NCBI GenBank assembly: GCA_043804895.1
Contig: JAZDIN010000027.1
Location: forward strand, 1 to 22,739
DNA from: Candidatus Altiarchaeota archaeon
GTDB taxonomy: Archaea; Altiarchaeota; Altiarchaeia; IMC4; SCGC-AAA252-I15
Length of the DNA stretch: 22,739 bases
Reading direction: 5' to 3'
This document shows positions 1 through 8,625 of the stretch, one piece after another. The translations under genes were made by a program, and so were the position numbers. Each line of letters opens with the position of its first letter. Position 1 is the first letter of the stretch. A model generated the notes under the pieces. The model did no database searches and had not been told where the DNA came from. It saw only the letters and a program-made list of their open reading frames with translations.

Positions 1-69
1 TTCAATACTACATCCTTTCAGACGCTTCTTTACCAGCCAATAACGCTGGTCAACTGACAGTACAACCAT
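1..69 (-). CDS. N-terminus of a probable transposase (partial)
   Basis: Open frame MVVLSVDQRYWLVKKRLKGCSIE to the window edge, with RBS AGGAGG upstream. It resembles the 'R-x-W-(I/L)-V...G-x-S' HTH start of archaeal IS481-type transposases. Only 23 codons are visible. Confidence 0.5.
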   Translation of the reverse strand, partial: MVVLSVDQRYWLVKKRLKGCSIE

Positions 70-71
70 AA

Positions 72-137
72 ACTATCCCTCCTGAGTTATCAACATTGTT
101 AACCAACTTAACAATGTCGGACATCAGGTGGGATAGT
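72..137. repeat. Long nested inverted repeat inside the IS end
   Basis: Outer arms ACTATCCC-t-CCTGA (72-85) and TCAGG-t-GGGATAGT (124-137). Perfect inner arms ACATTGTTAA (93-102) and TTAACAATGT (108-117) with a 5-nt loop. Confidence 0.9.
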
Positions 138-160
138 ACAGGTGACAGGCGTCCTCAAGC

Positions 161-170
161 TTTTTATATA
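161..170 (+). promoter_or_regulatory. Archaeal TATA box of the rpl7ae operon
   Basis: TTTTTATATA about 25-30 nt upstream of the start of the structured leader. Confidence 0.65.
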
Positions 171-196
171 GATAGTTCCTATTATGTTAGTCGTTT

Positions 197-271
197 AGGC
201 TAACCCCCCGGTACGTGGCCCGTTTTCGGGTTTGCGGCGGACTTAGGGTCCGTTAGGGGTTTTCTTAGCTT
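197..271 (+). ncRNA. Structured 5' leader (putative three-way junction) of the ribosomal protein operon
   Basis: Hand-folded. Closing stems are 197-203/265-271 and 204-207/256-259. Hairpins are 214-236 (CCCG-TTTT-CGGG core) and 237-253 (GCGGAC...GTCCGT). Confidence 0.5.
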
Positions 272-275
272 GTGA

Positions 276-298
276 ACCGATGACAATTTTTGAGGTGA
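276..298 (+). promoter_or_regulatory. L7Ae autoregulatory k-turn overlapping the Shine-Dalgarno
   Basis: ACC-GAU-GA-CA-AUUU-UU-GA-GGU gives a C helix ACC/GGU, a 3-nt bulge, tandem G.A/A.G pairs and a short NC helix. The SD GAGGTGA (292-298) lies 7 nt before the ATG at 306. Confidence 0.75.
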
Positions 299-305
299 AG
301 TGAAA

Positions 306-665
306 ATGGGTTACGTGAAGTTTGAAGTCTCGAAGGAGCTTCAGGAGAAGGCGCTGGATGCCTTGGAGAAGGCCAGGGACAGCGGTAAGGTTAAGAAGGG
401 GACCAACGAGGTCACGAAGTCTGTAGAGCGCGGGAACGCGAAATTAGTTCTCATAGGAAGCGACGTGGAGCCGCCGGAAATAGTCATGCACCTGCCGATG
501 CTGTGCGAGGAGAAGAAGATACCGTACCTTTACGTTCCGAAGGCGGAGATAGGCTCAGCTGTGGGGATACACGTTCCGACAGCCACGGGATGCATAGTTG
601 AGGAAGGGAAGGCGAAGGATGACGTCGCTGACATCGCCGAGAAGCTGAAGGAACTCAGGAAGTAA
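306..665 (+). CDS. rpl7ae: 50S ribosomal protein L7Ae (eL8)
   Basis: [26 protein letters not shown]. The start was moved from GTG 300 to ATG 306 on SD spacing. Confidence 0.98.
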   Translation: MGYVKFEVSKELQEKALDALEKARDSGKVKKGTNEVTKSVERGNAKLVLIGSDVEPPEIVMHLPMLCEEKKIPYLYVPKAEIGSAVGIHVPTATGCIVEEGKAKDDVADIAEKLKELRK

Positions 666-666
666 A

Positions 667-858
667 ATGGTCGCTGCTGAAGTCGTTAAGATAATAGGGC
701 GCACCGGCATCTACGGGGAAGTGATGCAGGTTATGTGCAAGGTCGGAGACGGCGAGAACAAGGGGCGCATAATCAGAAGGAACGTTAGGACGCCTGTGCG
801 CGAAGGCGACATCATCGACTTGATGGAGACTGAGAGGGAGGCTAAACCGCTCACCTAA
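667..858 (+). CDS. rps28e: 30S ribosomal protein S28e
   Basis: IIGRTG..GEV.QV, GRIIRRNV..PVREGDI, ETEREA; canonical position after rpl7ae. Confidence 0.98.
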   Translation: MVAAEVVKIIGRTGIYGEVMQVMCKVGDGENKGRIIRRNVRTPVREGDIIDLMETEREAKPLT

Positions 859-862
859 AAAG

Positions 863-1189
863 ATGGACTGCAACTTCTGCGGGAGTAAGATACCCAGGGG
901 AACCGAATACATCTTCGTGACAAGCAAGGGCAAGGCCCTCTACTTCGACTCGAGCAAGTGCATGAGGAACCTCGTCCACCTCAACCGGAAGCCAAGGGAG
1001 ACGAAATGGACTCAAGCTTACTTTGACGAGAAGGAGGCGAGGCTCAAGCTCCTAGGGCACGATAAGGCGCCTCCGAAGGCTCCTACACCTAAGGTTGAAG
1101 TGAAGGAAGAGCCGAAGGAGAAGAAGCCGAAGGCCGCGAAGACGAAGGAGGCTAAGGGCAAGCAGCCCAAAAAACCAAAAAGCAAGTAA
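863..1189 (+). CDS. rpl24e: 50S ribosomal protein L24e with a Lys/Pro-rich C-terminal tail
   Basis: CNFCG..I.RGT, YFDSSKC, RKPR..KWT; synteny. Confidence 0.96.
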   Translation: MDCNFCGSKIPRGTEYIFVTSKGKALYFDSSKCMRNLVHLNRKPRETKWTQAYFDEKEARLKLLGHDKAPPKAPTPKVEVKEEPKEKKPKAAKTKEAKGKQPKKPKSK

Positions 1190-1193
1190 AAAA

Positions 1194-1628
1194 ATGAAGA
1201 CCCTCATCCTCATTAGGCCTGATGCGGTCATCAGGGGGCTTGTGGGTGAGATACTAACCAGGTTCGAGAAGCACGGCATCCGGGTCGGCGGCCTGAAGAT
1301 TATGACGTTGACTCAGGCGGCTGCGGAGGACCTTTACGCGCAGCATAAGGGGAAGCCGTTCTACAAGCGGCTCATATACAACATGACATCGAATCCGTCG
1401 GTGTTAGTCGTCCTGGACACGGACGTCCTGGACAAGGAGAGCGCGATATCGCTTGTGCGGAAGATCATAGGGGACACGGACCCGGCGAAGGCCGATATGG
1501 GCACCATAAGGGGGGATTTCGGGTTGAGGATAGACCAGAACATCACTCACGCCTCAGACAACAAGGAATCGGCTGAGAGGGAGATACCGATGTTCTTCAA
1601 AAAAGAGGAGTTGGTAACATACAAGTAA
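1194..1628 (+). CDS. ndk: Nucleoside diphosphate kinase
   Basis: I(R)PDAV.RGLVGEIL.RFE, HKGKPF, GTIRGDFG, catalytic NITHASD. Confidence 0.96.
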   Translation: MKTLILIRPDAVIRGLVGEILTRFEKHGIRVGGLKIMTLTQAAAEDLYAQHKGKPFYKRLIYNMTSNPSVLVVLDTDVLDKESAISLVRKIIGDTDPAKADMGTIRGDFGLRIDQNITHASDNKESAEREIPMFFKKEELVTYK

Positions 1629-1629
1629 A

Positions 1630-2049
1630 ATGGCAACAACATACGACGTTCCAGCAGACAAGCTGATTAAGGAAACGGCACAAGACTTGAAGGAAAACAT
1701 CAAATTAGCGCGGCCTGAGTGGGCGCAGTTCGTAAAGACTGGCGCGAGCAGGGAGAGGATGCCCTCTGACCCGGACTGGTGGTGGGTGCGCTCCGCTTCG
1801 GTGCTTCGGAGAATCTACCTTGACGGCCCAGTCGGCGTCCAACGCCTGCGCACATTCTACGGCGGCAGAAAGAACCGGGGACGCAAGCCTGAGGAGTTCC
1901 GAAGGGCAAGCGGAAAGGTCATTAGGACGGTTCTGAAGGAGTTGGATTCAGCAGGGCTCACCGAGGCCGGGAAGGGAGGCCGTAAGATAACGTCGAAGGG
2001 CAGGTCCTACCTGGACAAGCTAGCCTCAAAGGTCGCTGGCAAGAAGTAG
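1630..2049 (+). CDS. rps19e: 30S ribosomal protein S19e
   Basis: TYDVPAD, PEWAQFVKTG, DWWWVRSASVLRRIY..GPVGV.RLRT.YGGRK.RG. Confidence 0.98.
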   Translation: MATTYDVPADKLIKETAQDLKENIKLARPEWAQFVKTGASRERMPSDPDWWWVRSASVLRRIYLDGPVGVQRLRTFYGGRKNRGRKPEEFRRASGKVIRTVLKELDSAGLTEAGKGGRKITSKGRSYLDKLASKVAGKK

Positions 2050-2051
2050 AA

Positions 2052-2378
2052 ATGTCAGAGCTTGAAGAGTTAAGGCAGAAGAGGATGCGCGAACTGGCGC
2101 TACAGCAGCAGCTTTCGCAGGGTTTTGAACAGCAGGTCAGGGCGCAGGAGGTGGAGCAGCAGATTAAGATGATAATCCAGACCCTCCTCACGCCTGAGGC
2201 TCAGCAGCGTCTCGCCAACATCCGGATGGCAAGGTCTGAGTTCGCAAGGCAGATTGAGATACTGTTGATTCAACTTTACCAGAGCGGGAGGCTGAAGAAG
2301 CTCACCGACGACCAGCTTAAAGCGTTGTTGGTTAAGATCAGCGGCACTAAACGGGAGACTAAGATTAACGTTCGCTGA
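2052..2378 (+). CDS. PDCD5-family DNA-binding protein
   Basis: ELEELRQKRMREL, LLTPEA.QRL.NI, LIQL.QSGR, conserved position after rps19e. Confidence 0.93.
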   Translation: MSELEELRQKRMRELALQQQLSQGFEQQVRAQEVEQQIKMIIQTLLTPEAQQRLANIRMARSEFARQIEILLIQLYQSGRLKKLTDDQLKALLVKISGTKRETKINVR

Positions 2379-2382
2379 ATGT

Positions 2383-3534
2383 TCAAGCCTTTATCTCATC
2401 AGAGCCTTTTTCCCCCTTCTTCTCGCCGCCCTCTTGCGAGCTGTCAAGCTCGTAGCCGAGCTCGTTCAGTATGTCCTCGTCTTTCACGACCTCCGCTGTC
2501 GTCTTCCTCTTAGAGTAAAGTATGGCCGCGGCCAGTAGGCACACGCCGAGGACTATGATAGCCCAGTTGCTTCTGCTGAACGGCCCAATCATCCCCTCCT
2601 TCAAGTCGGTCAACTCCGTGTTCGTGTCCGCGTACTGCATGCTAAGTTGGGCGTATTTGTTGGTGAGGTCGTTCTTCTCGTCAGTCGCCTGTTTCAGCTG
2701 CTGGTCGAGTCTCATGCTCCTCAGCTTCATCTCCTTTATCTGGAGGCTCAGCTCCTGCGTGTTGTTCTCCAGGTCCACGTTCTCTGTGCTGAGGCTCAGC
2801 CAGTCTATTATGTTGAGGCCGAAGTTTCTGTTGTTGTATTGGTCGATGTTCTTGTTAACCAGCATGTCTGCGTCGCTCAGTGTCAGGACGAGGCCGTTGC
2901 CGAAGAGCGAGGCAGCCGCTACGCAAGGTTCGCTGCCGGCTGCGAAGGAGCCTGTGTCGGAATATGTGTCGCCGTTTCCTGTGGCGATGCATTTCCCGTT
3001 TCCTGAGAGTATGAGGCCTGAGTCCTTGTAGAACCCTATCTTACTAATCCCCTGCCTGAGCGTTCCAGCCCCTGCCTGTTCAGTGAACCTGTCGATTGTG
3101 AAGCTGTTCCTGTCCTTGGCGGCGCCTATCATGTCCGAGGTGTCTATCAGGAGGCCGTTGTCCACTGTGGCGCCGAAGGGTATCGTCAGCTGGTTGGCTT
3201 TACTCTGGCCTCCGCCGTTTATTAGGAGTCCCCTACCCTTCTGGAGGACGAACCATATTATCGCCGATATCTCAGATGTGGTGAGCTGCTTGTTTATCTC
3301 CTGCACGACGAGTATGTCGTAGTTTTCGAGCTTCTCCTTCGTGACTTCGCCCTTCTCTATGGAGGCGACCTCATAGCCTTTCTTCTTAAGCTCTTCGGCG
3401 AATTTGCTGTAGTCTCCCTCTATCGCGTACGTCTTTGCTGTGCCTATCTCATAGAATAGCACCCTCTTGGCTGAGACGCTGCCTGCCATGAAACACACGA
3501 TTAAGGCGAGTGTAATGTACTGTCTCCGGTCCAT
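2383..3534 (-). CDS. Secreted, membrane-anchored protein: signal peptide, GIFT/DUF4350 (GATase1-like) domain, coiled coil, C-terminal TM helix
   Basis: N-terminal signal peptide. YS.FAEELKKKGYEV, L.NYDILVV, E...I..FV..G.GLLI, G.G.V..LSD, N..F.LNIIDWL are typical of this fold. A heptad-rich segment and a hydrophobic helix follow. Confidence 0.7.
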   Translation of the reverse strand: MDRRQYITLALIVCFMAGSVSAKRVLFYEIGTAKTYAIEGDYSKFAEELKKKGYEVASIEKGEVTKEKLENYDILVVQEINKQLTTSEISAIIWFVLQKGRGLLINGGGQSKANQLTIPFGATVDNGLLIDTSDMIGAAKDRNSFTIDRFTEQAGAGTLRQGISKIGFYKDSGLILSGNGKCIATGNGDTYSDTGSFAAGSEPCVAAASLFGNGLVLTLSDADMLVNKNIDQYNNRNFGLNIIDWLSLSTENVDLENNTQELSLQIKEMKLRSMRLDQQLKQATDEKNDLTNKYAQLSMQYADTNTELTDLKEGMIGPFSRSNWAIIVLGVCLLAAAILYSKRKTTAEVVKDEDILNELGYELDSSQEGGEKKGEKGSDEIKA

Positions 3535-3572
3535 ATTAACTGTAGACTAAATTGATTTCAGGCCTTAAATAT

Positions 3573-4247
3573 TCATCCTTTGTAGAATTCCAGCTTGATA
3601 TCCCCGCTGAGGGTGAGGAGGTAGGCTCTGCCTTCGGAAAGCCGTCCGATGTTGACTATCCTGGTCTCTCCTAGGGTGTCTTCTGCTCCGCCTGATTCGT
3701 GTATGTGGGAGCACAGCACCAGGTCTGGCTTCTTGGATTCTATGAACTGCCGGATTGCGCTGCTTCCGACGTGCAATCCGCTTCGTATCACGTCGCATTT
3801 CGTGTCCTTCGGCGGGGCGTGGGCGATGAGGATGACTTTAGTGCCTTCATCAACCTTTGAATATAGGTTGTTCAAGGACTCCAGTATCTCGGCTTCGCTG
3901 TATTCGAATTCGGTGTTGAATGGTGTGGGGTTGCTTCCCCCGAACCCTATTATGCTGTATCCTGGTATCAGTGTCATGACGGTCTTGTGGAGGCTGGTAT
4001 AGCTTTTCTCCAATATACTGATGATGCTCTTGTGATCGCAGTTTCCTGGTATGGCTCTCACGTTGTAGTCGGACAGTAGGCCGACTACGTTCGTGACGTC
4101 TGCCTTGTTCTTCTCCTCGTTCTTAGGGTCGAAGCTGTAGTCCCCGAGGAGGAAGAAGTAGTCCACGTCTATCTTGGCCACTGACTTCCTGAGTTTGTTC
4201 AGCGTCTCTATGTCTCCGTGTATGTCGGCTACGCACATGGCCTTCAT
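3573..4247 (-). CDS. Calcineurin-like metallophosphoesterase (Icc-related)
   Basis: Motifs DIHG, GD, GNCD, HAPP, CSHIHE. Confidence 0.92.
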   Translation of the reverse strand: MKAMCVADIHGDIETLNKLRKSVAKIDVDYFFLLGDYSFDPKNEEKNKADVTNVVGLLSDYNVRAIPGNCDHKSIISILEKSYTSLHKTVMTLIPGYSIIGFGGSNPTPFNTEFEYSEAEILESLNNLYSKVDEGTKVILIAHAPPKDTKCDVIRSGLHVGSSAIRQFIESKKPDLVLCSHIHESGGAEDTLGETRIVNIGRLSEGRAYLLTLSGDIKLEFYKG

Positions 4248-4285
4248 GGATTAATCTTAAAGCCGCTATCCTAATTAAATACCTG

Positions 4286-5023
4286 ATGAATTCCATCACA
4301 TTCCTTGGCACAGGAGGCGGGCGGTTCGTTTTCCTCACGCAGAGGCGCTATTCTGGCGGGATATGGTTTGACTTTGACGGGGTTAGACTCATCCTCGACC
4401 CTGGTCCAGGGGCTTTGGTGCGCGCCCTCCAGTACGGCAAGGACCCTGGGAGGCTTGACTGTGTCATAGGCTCCCACAAGCATCTTGACCACTACAGCGA
4501 CATTGAGGTTATGGTTGAGGCGATGACCCACGGATTGAACAGGAGGAAGGGCGTTTTGGTGTTGCAGAAGGATGTGGTCGAGTATGTGTCAGATTACCAC
4601 AGGTCTGCAGCCGTTGTCCTAATGCCTGATGCTGGGGAGACGTTCAATGTTGGGGGGTTAGGGGTTGAGGTGATTCCAACCGCAAACCATGTTGGGGGGC
4701 TGGGTTTCAGGTTCATGACGTCCGGGGGGGTGGTCACGTATTCAGGGGATACTGGGTATGACAGCGAGTTAGTTAGGCACTACAATGGCTCGAAGCTCCT
4801 AATACTCAACACAATATTCCCCTCAGGAGGCAATGCAGCAACGCACCTGAACACCGACGATGCAATCCAGATAGGCAAGGCAGCGAGGCCTGAATGGCTC
4901 ATCATCACCCACTTCGGAGTCCGCATGCTCAACGCCGACCCCAAGAAGGAGGCTCAAAGGATTGAAGAAGAGTCCAAGGTCCCAACAACCGCTGCGACAG
5001 ACGGTATGACGGCAACATTATGA
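4286..5023 (+). CDS. Metallo-beta-lactamase-fold hydrolase (RNase Z/PhnP-like)
   Basis: ITFLGTGG, DPGPG, SHKHLDH (HxHxDH), YSGDT, ITHFG. Confidence 0.92.
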   Translation: MNSITFLGTGGGRFVFLTQRRYSGGIWFDFDGVRLILDPGPGALVRALQYGKDPGRLDCVIGSHKHLDHYSDIEVMVEAMTHGLNRRKGVLVLQKDVVEYVSDYHRSAAVVLMPDAGETFNVGGLGVEVIPTANHVGGLGFRFMTSGGVVTYSGDTGYDSELVRHYNGSKLLILNTIFPSGGNAATHLNTDDAIQIGKAARPEWLIITHFGVRMLNADPKKEAQRIEEESKVPTTAATDGMTATL

Positions 5024-6801
5024 TGGCAGTAACAGACATACGCGACTGGAAAGGCAAAATCCACTATCTAGCACTACTCCTACTCCTTCTCCTCCTTTGC
5101 GTCCGAGGGGCGCCGAGGGTCAACGACGAGTCCGCGTACCTTCTCATGGCAGACTCCCTGTACACGTCAGGTTCGACCCTCATTTGGAACGGCCTTGATG
5201 AAGTCAACTCCCCTGAGCTTCGGCTCCATGCGACAAGGATAGTGGAGTCGGAAGGCGGATACGCCCTTGCTAGCATACCCTCACCAGTCTACTCATACAT
5301 CGCGTATCCACTGTATGCCCTCATGGGTGCGAAGGGGCTGGTTGTCCTCAACCTACTGTCGTTCATACTCTCAGCCTACCTCGTATACCTAATATGTGAG
5401 AGGCTGTTCAAGGATACTGGCATCTCGCTCACCACGTCCTTAATCTTCTCCCTCGCCACGTATTCGATAAAATACGCCCTCGACATCTGGCCGCATAGTC
5501 TCTCAGTGTTCCTTACCCTCCTCCCCCTCACCCTCATCTTGAAGAGCCGCAGCTTCTGGTCGTTGTTTCTCGCCGGATTCTCATCAGGATTGGCTGTCGG
5601 CGTCAGATACCCTAACATCCTCATACTGTCTCTTTTAGCCGCGTACCTCTTCTTCTCATCAGGGAAAAAGAACGCACTATCCTTCATTGCAGGCTCCCTG
5701 CCTCCGCTCGCCTTCATGCTCTCACTGAACCGAATCTACGGTTCGCTGCTTATCACAGGCTACGGGGACACTACAGGATCCCTCTACAAGCTCATCTTTC
5801 CGTTTCTCATACTCACAGCCTTAATCCTCTTATACAAGCCGCTCAAGAAACTGCTTCCTCGACATGTTGCTATATTAGCCTTGGCACTCGTCCTCTTATT
5901 GTCGTGGCATTACGTCAGGATGTTCCTCTCACTGGTCGTTGACTTCTCGCTCAACCCCCGCTACCATGAGCTCACAGATAAGAGGGCATTACTCCAGGCC
6001 TCGCCGGTCCTTGTGTTATCTGTCATGGGGGCGATGCTGGTGAGGAAGAAGATAAATGTGCCAGAACATACTCTACTCCTCGCCCTATCCCTCACAGGCC
6101 CGCTCTTCTACAGCCTATTGGGATTGGACGGGAGCACGAACCTGATGAGGTACTTCCTCGAGTCGATACCCTACCTGGCCATATTCGCTGGATACGCTGT
6201 TTATGAGATAAGGAACACACTGAAGGGGATGGACTACTCCGTCCTAGCGTATGTCGCGTTCATCATACTCGTGGTGGAGTCAACGAATCTGACAGCCCCA
6301 GCGGGCCTAAGGTACATGACTTACAAGATACCTATCCTGCTGGCTTTTTCCACTCTCCTCTTATTCCTAAAGGACAAAAGGCACGGCCTGCTCCTCGGAT
6401 ACCTCATCGCATCGCTCCTCATCTACTCTCTCATACTTAACTTGACTTTCATCCTCGATGACCTATTCCACAGGGAATACTCAATGAGGCAGACCGACGA
6501 ATACAGGGCCCTGTTGCCCGGCAACTCAGCCCTACTCTACTCAGGGTACCTGGACCAGCTGCCGGCCACTCCACTCAAAACCGAGAAGACACTGAGGTTA
6601 GCTTACCTTCAGGAAGGCGACAGGCAGACGAACCAGGCGCTCGTCGACTATTACCTCATCAAGAACATCCCAGTTTACGTCCTCTCCGGAGGAAACAAGA
6701 GCATGGAACTAGGCGTCAACTTTCTGGCTGAAAACCACCAGACAACCAAAGTCGTAACACTCCTAAACGGCGACCACCTACTGAAAATTACTCCACAGTA
6801 A
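5020..6801 (+). CDS. Multi-pass GT-C (ArnT/PMT-like, GT39/83) glycosyltransferase
   Basis: DE motif after TM1 (VNDESAYLLMA), many TM helices, GLA.GVRYPN, RYFLE..PYL. Confidence 0.78.
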   Translation: MMAVTDIRDWKGKIHYLALLLLLLLLCVRGAPRVNDESAYLLMADSLYTSGSTLIWNGLDEVNSPELRLHATRIVESEGGYALASIPSPVYSYIAYPLYALMGAKGLVVLNLLSFILSAYLVYLICERLFKDTGISLTTSLIFSLATYSIKYALDIWPHSLSVFLTLLPLTLILKSRSFWSLFLAGFSSGLAVGVRYPNILILSLLAAYLFFSSGKKNALSFIAGSLPPLAFMLSLNRIYGSLLITGYGDTTGSLYKLIFPFLILTALILLYKPLKKLLPRHVAILALALVLLLSWHYVRMFLSLVVDFSLNPRYHELTDKRALLQASPVLVLSVMGAMLVRKKINVPEHTLLLALSLTGPLFYSLLGLDGSTNLMRYFLESIPYLAIFAGYAVYEIRNTLKGMDYSVLAYVAFIILVVESTNLTAPAGLRYMTYKIPILLAFSTLLLFLKDKRHGLLLGYLIASLLIYSLILNLTFILDDLFHREYSMRQTDEYRALLPGNSALLYSGYLDQLPATPLKTEKTLRLAYLQEGDRQTNQALVDYYLIKNIPVYVLSGGNKSMELGVNFLAENHQTTKVVTLLNGDHLLKITPQ

Positions 6802-8557
6802 CACTCTTCGCGAGGTTCCTCGGCTTGTCTGGGTCGAGTCCCTTCAACACTGAGATGTAGTATGCGAGGAGGTGGAGTGGGACGATGTTGAGTATGGGTG
6901 CGAATATAGGCTGAGTCTTTGGGATGTTAATATCCCCTCCGTGCCCCACCCTAATGACCTTCGCGCCCCTTGCCTTAATCTCGCTGACGTTGCTTTCCAC
7001 TTTTGGCTTAAGCTCGTCTGAGGCCATCAACGCAATCACAGTCACATCCTTGTTCATGAGCGCGAGGGGCCCGTGCTTCAGCTCCCCTGCTGGGTAGCCT
7101 TCAGCGTGGACGTAGCTTATCTCCTTCAGCTTCAAGGCTCCCTCCAGGGCGGTCGGGTATTCCTCCCTCCTGCCGACAAAGAAGAAGCTTTGGGTGTTAG
7201 CCTCCTTCTCTGCTATGTCCCTTATGCTATCTGACTTCAGCATGCCCTCAATTTTCCAGCTGATGGATTTAAGTTCTTCGAAAAGGCTCACGTATTCCTT
7301 CTCGCTGATTTTCACAGTGGCGTGCGCAACCTCCAATGCCAGCGCAGCTGCCGCGACAAGCTGTCCGACGTATGCCTTCGTCGAGGCGACCGCGATTTCC
7401 GGGCCTGAGTGCGTGAACGCGACGTCGTTGGAGGCTCTTGTGAGGCTGCTGCCGACGACGTTCACTATCGATGCGACGTATGCTCCCCTCTTTCCAGCCT
7501 CCTTAACTGCTGCGATGGTGTCTGCGGTCTCACCAGACTGTGATACTGCTATTATGGCGCATTCGTCGTTGACAGAGTTGACTGTGGAGTAGCGGAACTC
7601 TGATGCCACAACAGCCTCGGCTGCGATGCCGAAGTGTTCGAGGAGGTATTTTCCGTAGAGGCCGGCGTGGTATGCTGTCCCGCAGGCTACAAAGTAGACT
7701 CTCCTGCACCCGGCGACGTTCTTCGCTATCCTCCTCATAACTTCCTTCTCCTTAAGCGCGTTAGCCGCTGCCTGCGGTTCCTCGTTTATCTCCTTGAGCA
7801 TGAAATGGTGGTAGCCTGACTTCTCAGCCTCCCTAACGTCCCACGTTATCCTATGGACTTCCTTCTTCACTTTCCCCCCAGACTTCAGGTTGTGGATTTC
7901 AACCCCCTCTCTTGTAACCACCCCATACTCTAGGTCTTCCATTATGATGGCGTCCCTCGTCTCCCCAAGGAATGCGGGCGCGTCAGATGCGATGTAATTT
8001 TCGCCTTTCCCAAGGCCGATGAGGAGCGGGCTTTCGTTCCTTGCGACCAGTATACTGTCGCCCTCGTGCGCCGACAGCGCAGCTATGGCGTAGCTGCCCT
8101 TCAGTCTCCCCAGAGTCCTGGCGAACGCTTCGAGTATGTTGCCGTCGTAGTAGTCTTCAAGGAGGTGGGATATGACCTCAGTGTCTGTCTCGCTCTTGAA
8201 CGTGTGCCCCCTCTCACTCAACTCCTCCTTCAGCTCCAGGTGGTTCTCTATTATCCCGTTGTGGGCGACGACGAAATCCCCCGTACAGTCTGCGTGCGGG
8301 TGGGCGTTAAGCTGCGAGGGGGCTCCGTGAGTCGCCCATCGCGTGTGGCCTACTCCTATGGTGCTTTTAAGCTTTTCGGGGTTCAGCCTGGCCTTCACGT
8401 CGTCGACTTTGCCCGCATCCTTAGGCACGCTGATTCTCCCCTCCGAGATGTAAGCCACACCAGCGGAATCGTAGCCACGGTACTCCAGCCTCTTTAACAT
8501 GTCGAAGAGGACGATCGGGGCGTTTTTCCCCCCCACATACCCTGCTATGCCGCACAT
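6788..8557 (-). CDS. glmS: Glutamine-fructose-6-phosphate transaminase (isomerizing)
   Basis: MCGI N-terminus, LEYRGYDSAG, GHTRWATHG, SQSGETADT, C-terminal PRNLAKSVTVE. Confidence 0.99.
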   Translation of the reverse strand: MCGIAGYVGGKNAPIVLFDMLKRLEYRGYDSAGVAYISEGRISVPKDAGKVDDVKARLNPEKLKSTIGVGHTRWATHGAPSQLNAHPHADCTGDFVVAHNGIIENHLELKEELSERGHTFKSETDTEVISHLLEDYYDGNILEAFARTLGRLKGSYAIAALSAHEGDSILVARNESPLLIGLGKGENYIASDAPAFLGETRDAIIMEDLEYGVVTREGVEIHNLKSGGKVKKEVHRITWDVREAEKSGYHHFMLKEINEEPQAAANALKEKEVMRRIAKNVAGCRRVYFVACGTAYHAGLYGKYLLEHFGIAAEAVVASEFRYSTVNSVNDECAIIAVSQSGETADTIAAVKEAGKRGAYVASIVNVVGSSLTRASNDVAFTHSGPEIAVASTKAYVGQLVAAAALALEVAHATVKISEKEYVSLFEELKSISWKIEGMLKSDSIRDIAEKEANTQSFFFVGRREEYPTALEGALKLKEISYVHAEGYPAGELKHGPLALMNKDVTVIALMASDELKPKVESNVSEIKARGAKVIRVGHGGDINIPKTQPIFAPILNIVPLHLLAYYISVLKGLDPDKPRNLAKSVTVE

Positions 8558-8625
8558 TTTTATACAATCCCTGTTATATTAAATAAACCATACTAATAAA
8601 GAACTTAGGCTATGGATTGGTATAG

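Larger units (their letters stand above)
1..140 (-). mobile_element. Left end of a probable IS481-family insertion sequence (runs off the window)
   Basis: The minus strand reads TGTACTATCCC... from 140, and a 5'-TGT terminus is typical of IS481. It leads to AGGAGG and an ATG at 69 encoding an HTH-like transposase N-terminus. The other end is not visible. Confidence 0.55.

Noticed and set aside
197-271. tRNA gene
   Set aside because: Only two internal hairpins; no TTCRA T-loop, no D-loop GG pattern and no 7-nt anticodon loop.
4500-5023. G-rich to C/A-rich compositional switch within the MBL gene near 4790
   Set aside because: The reading frame and motifs are continuous. The switch cannot be quantified by eye and no junction feature was found.
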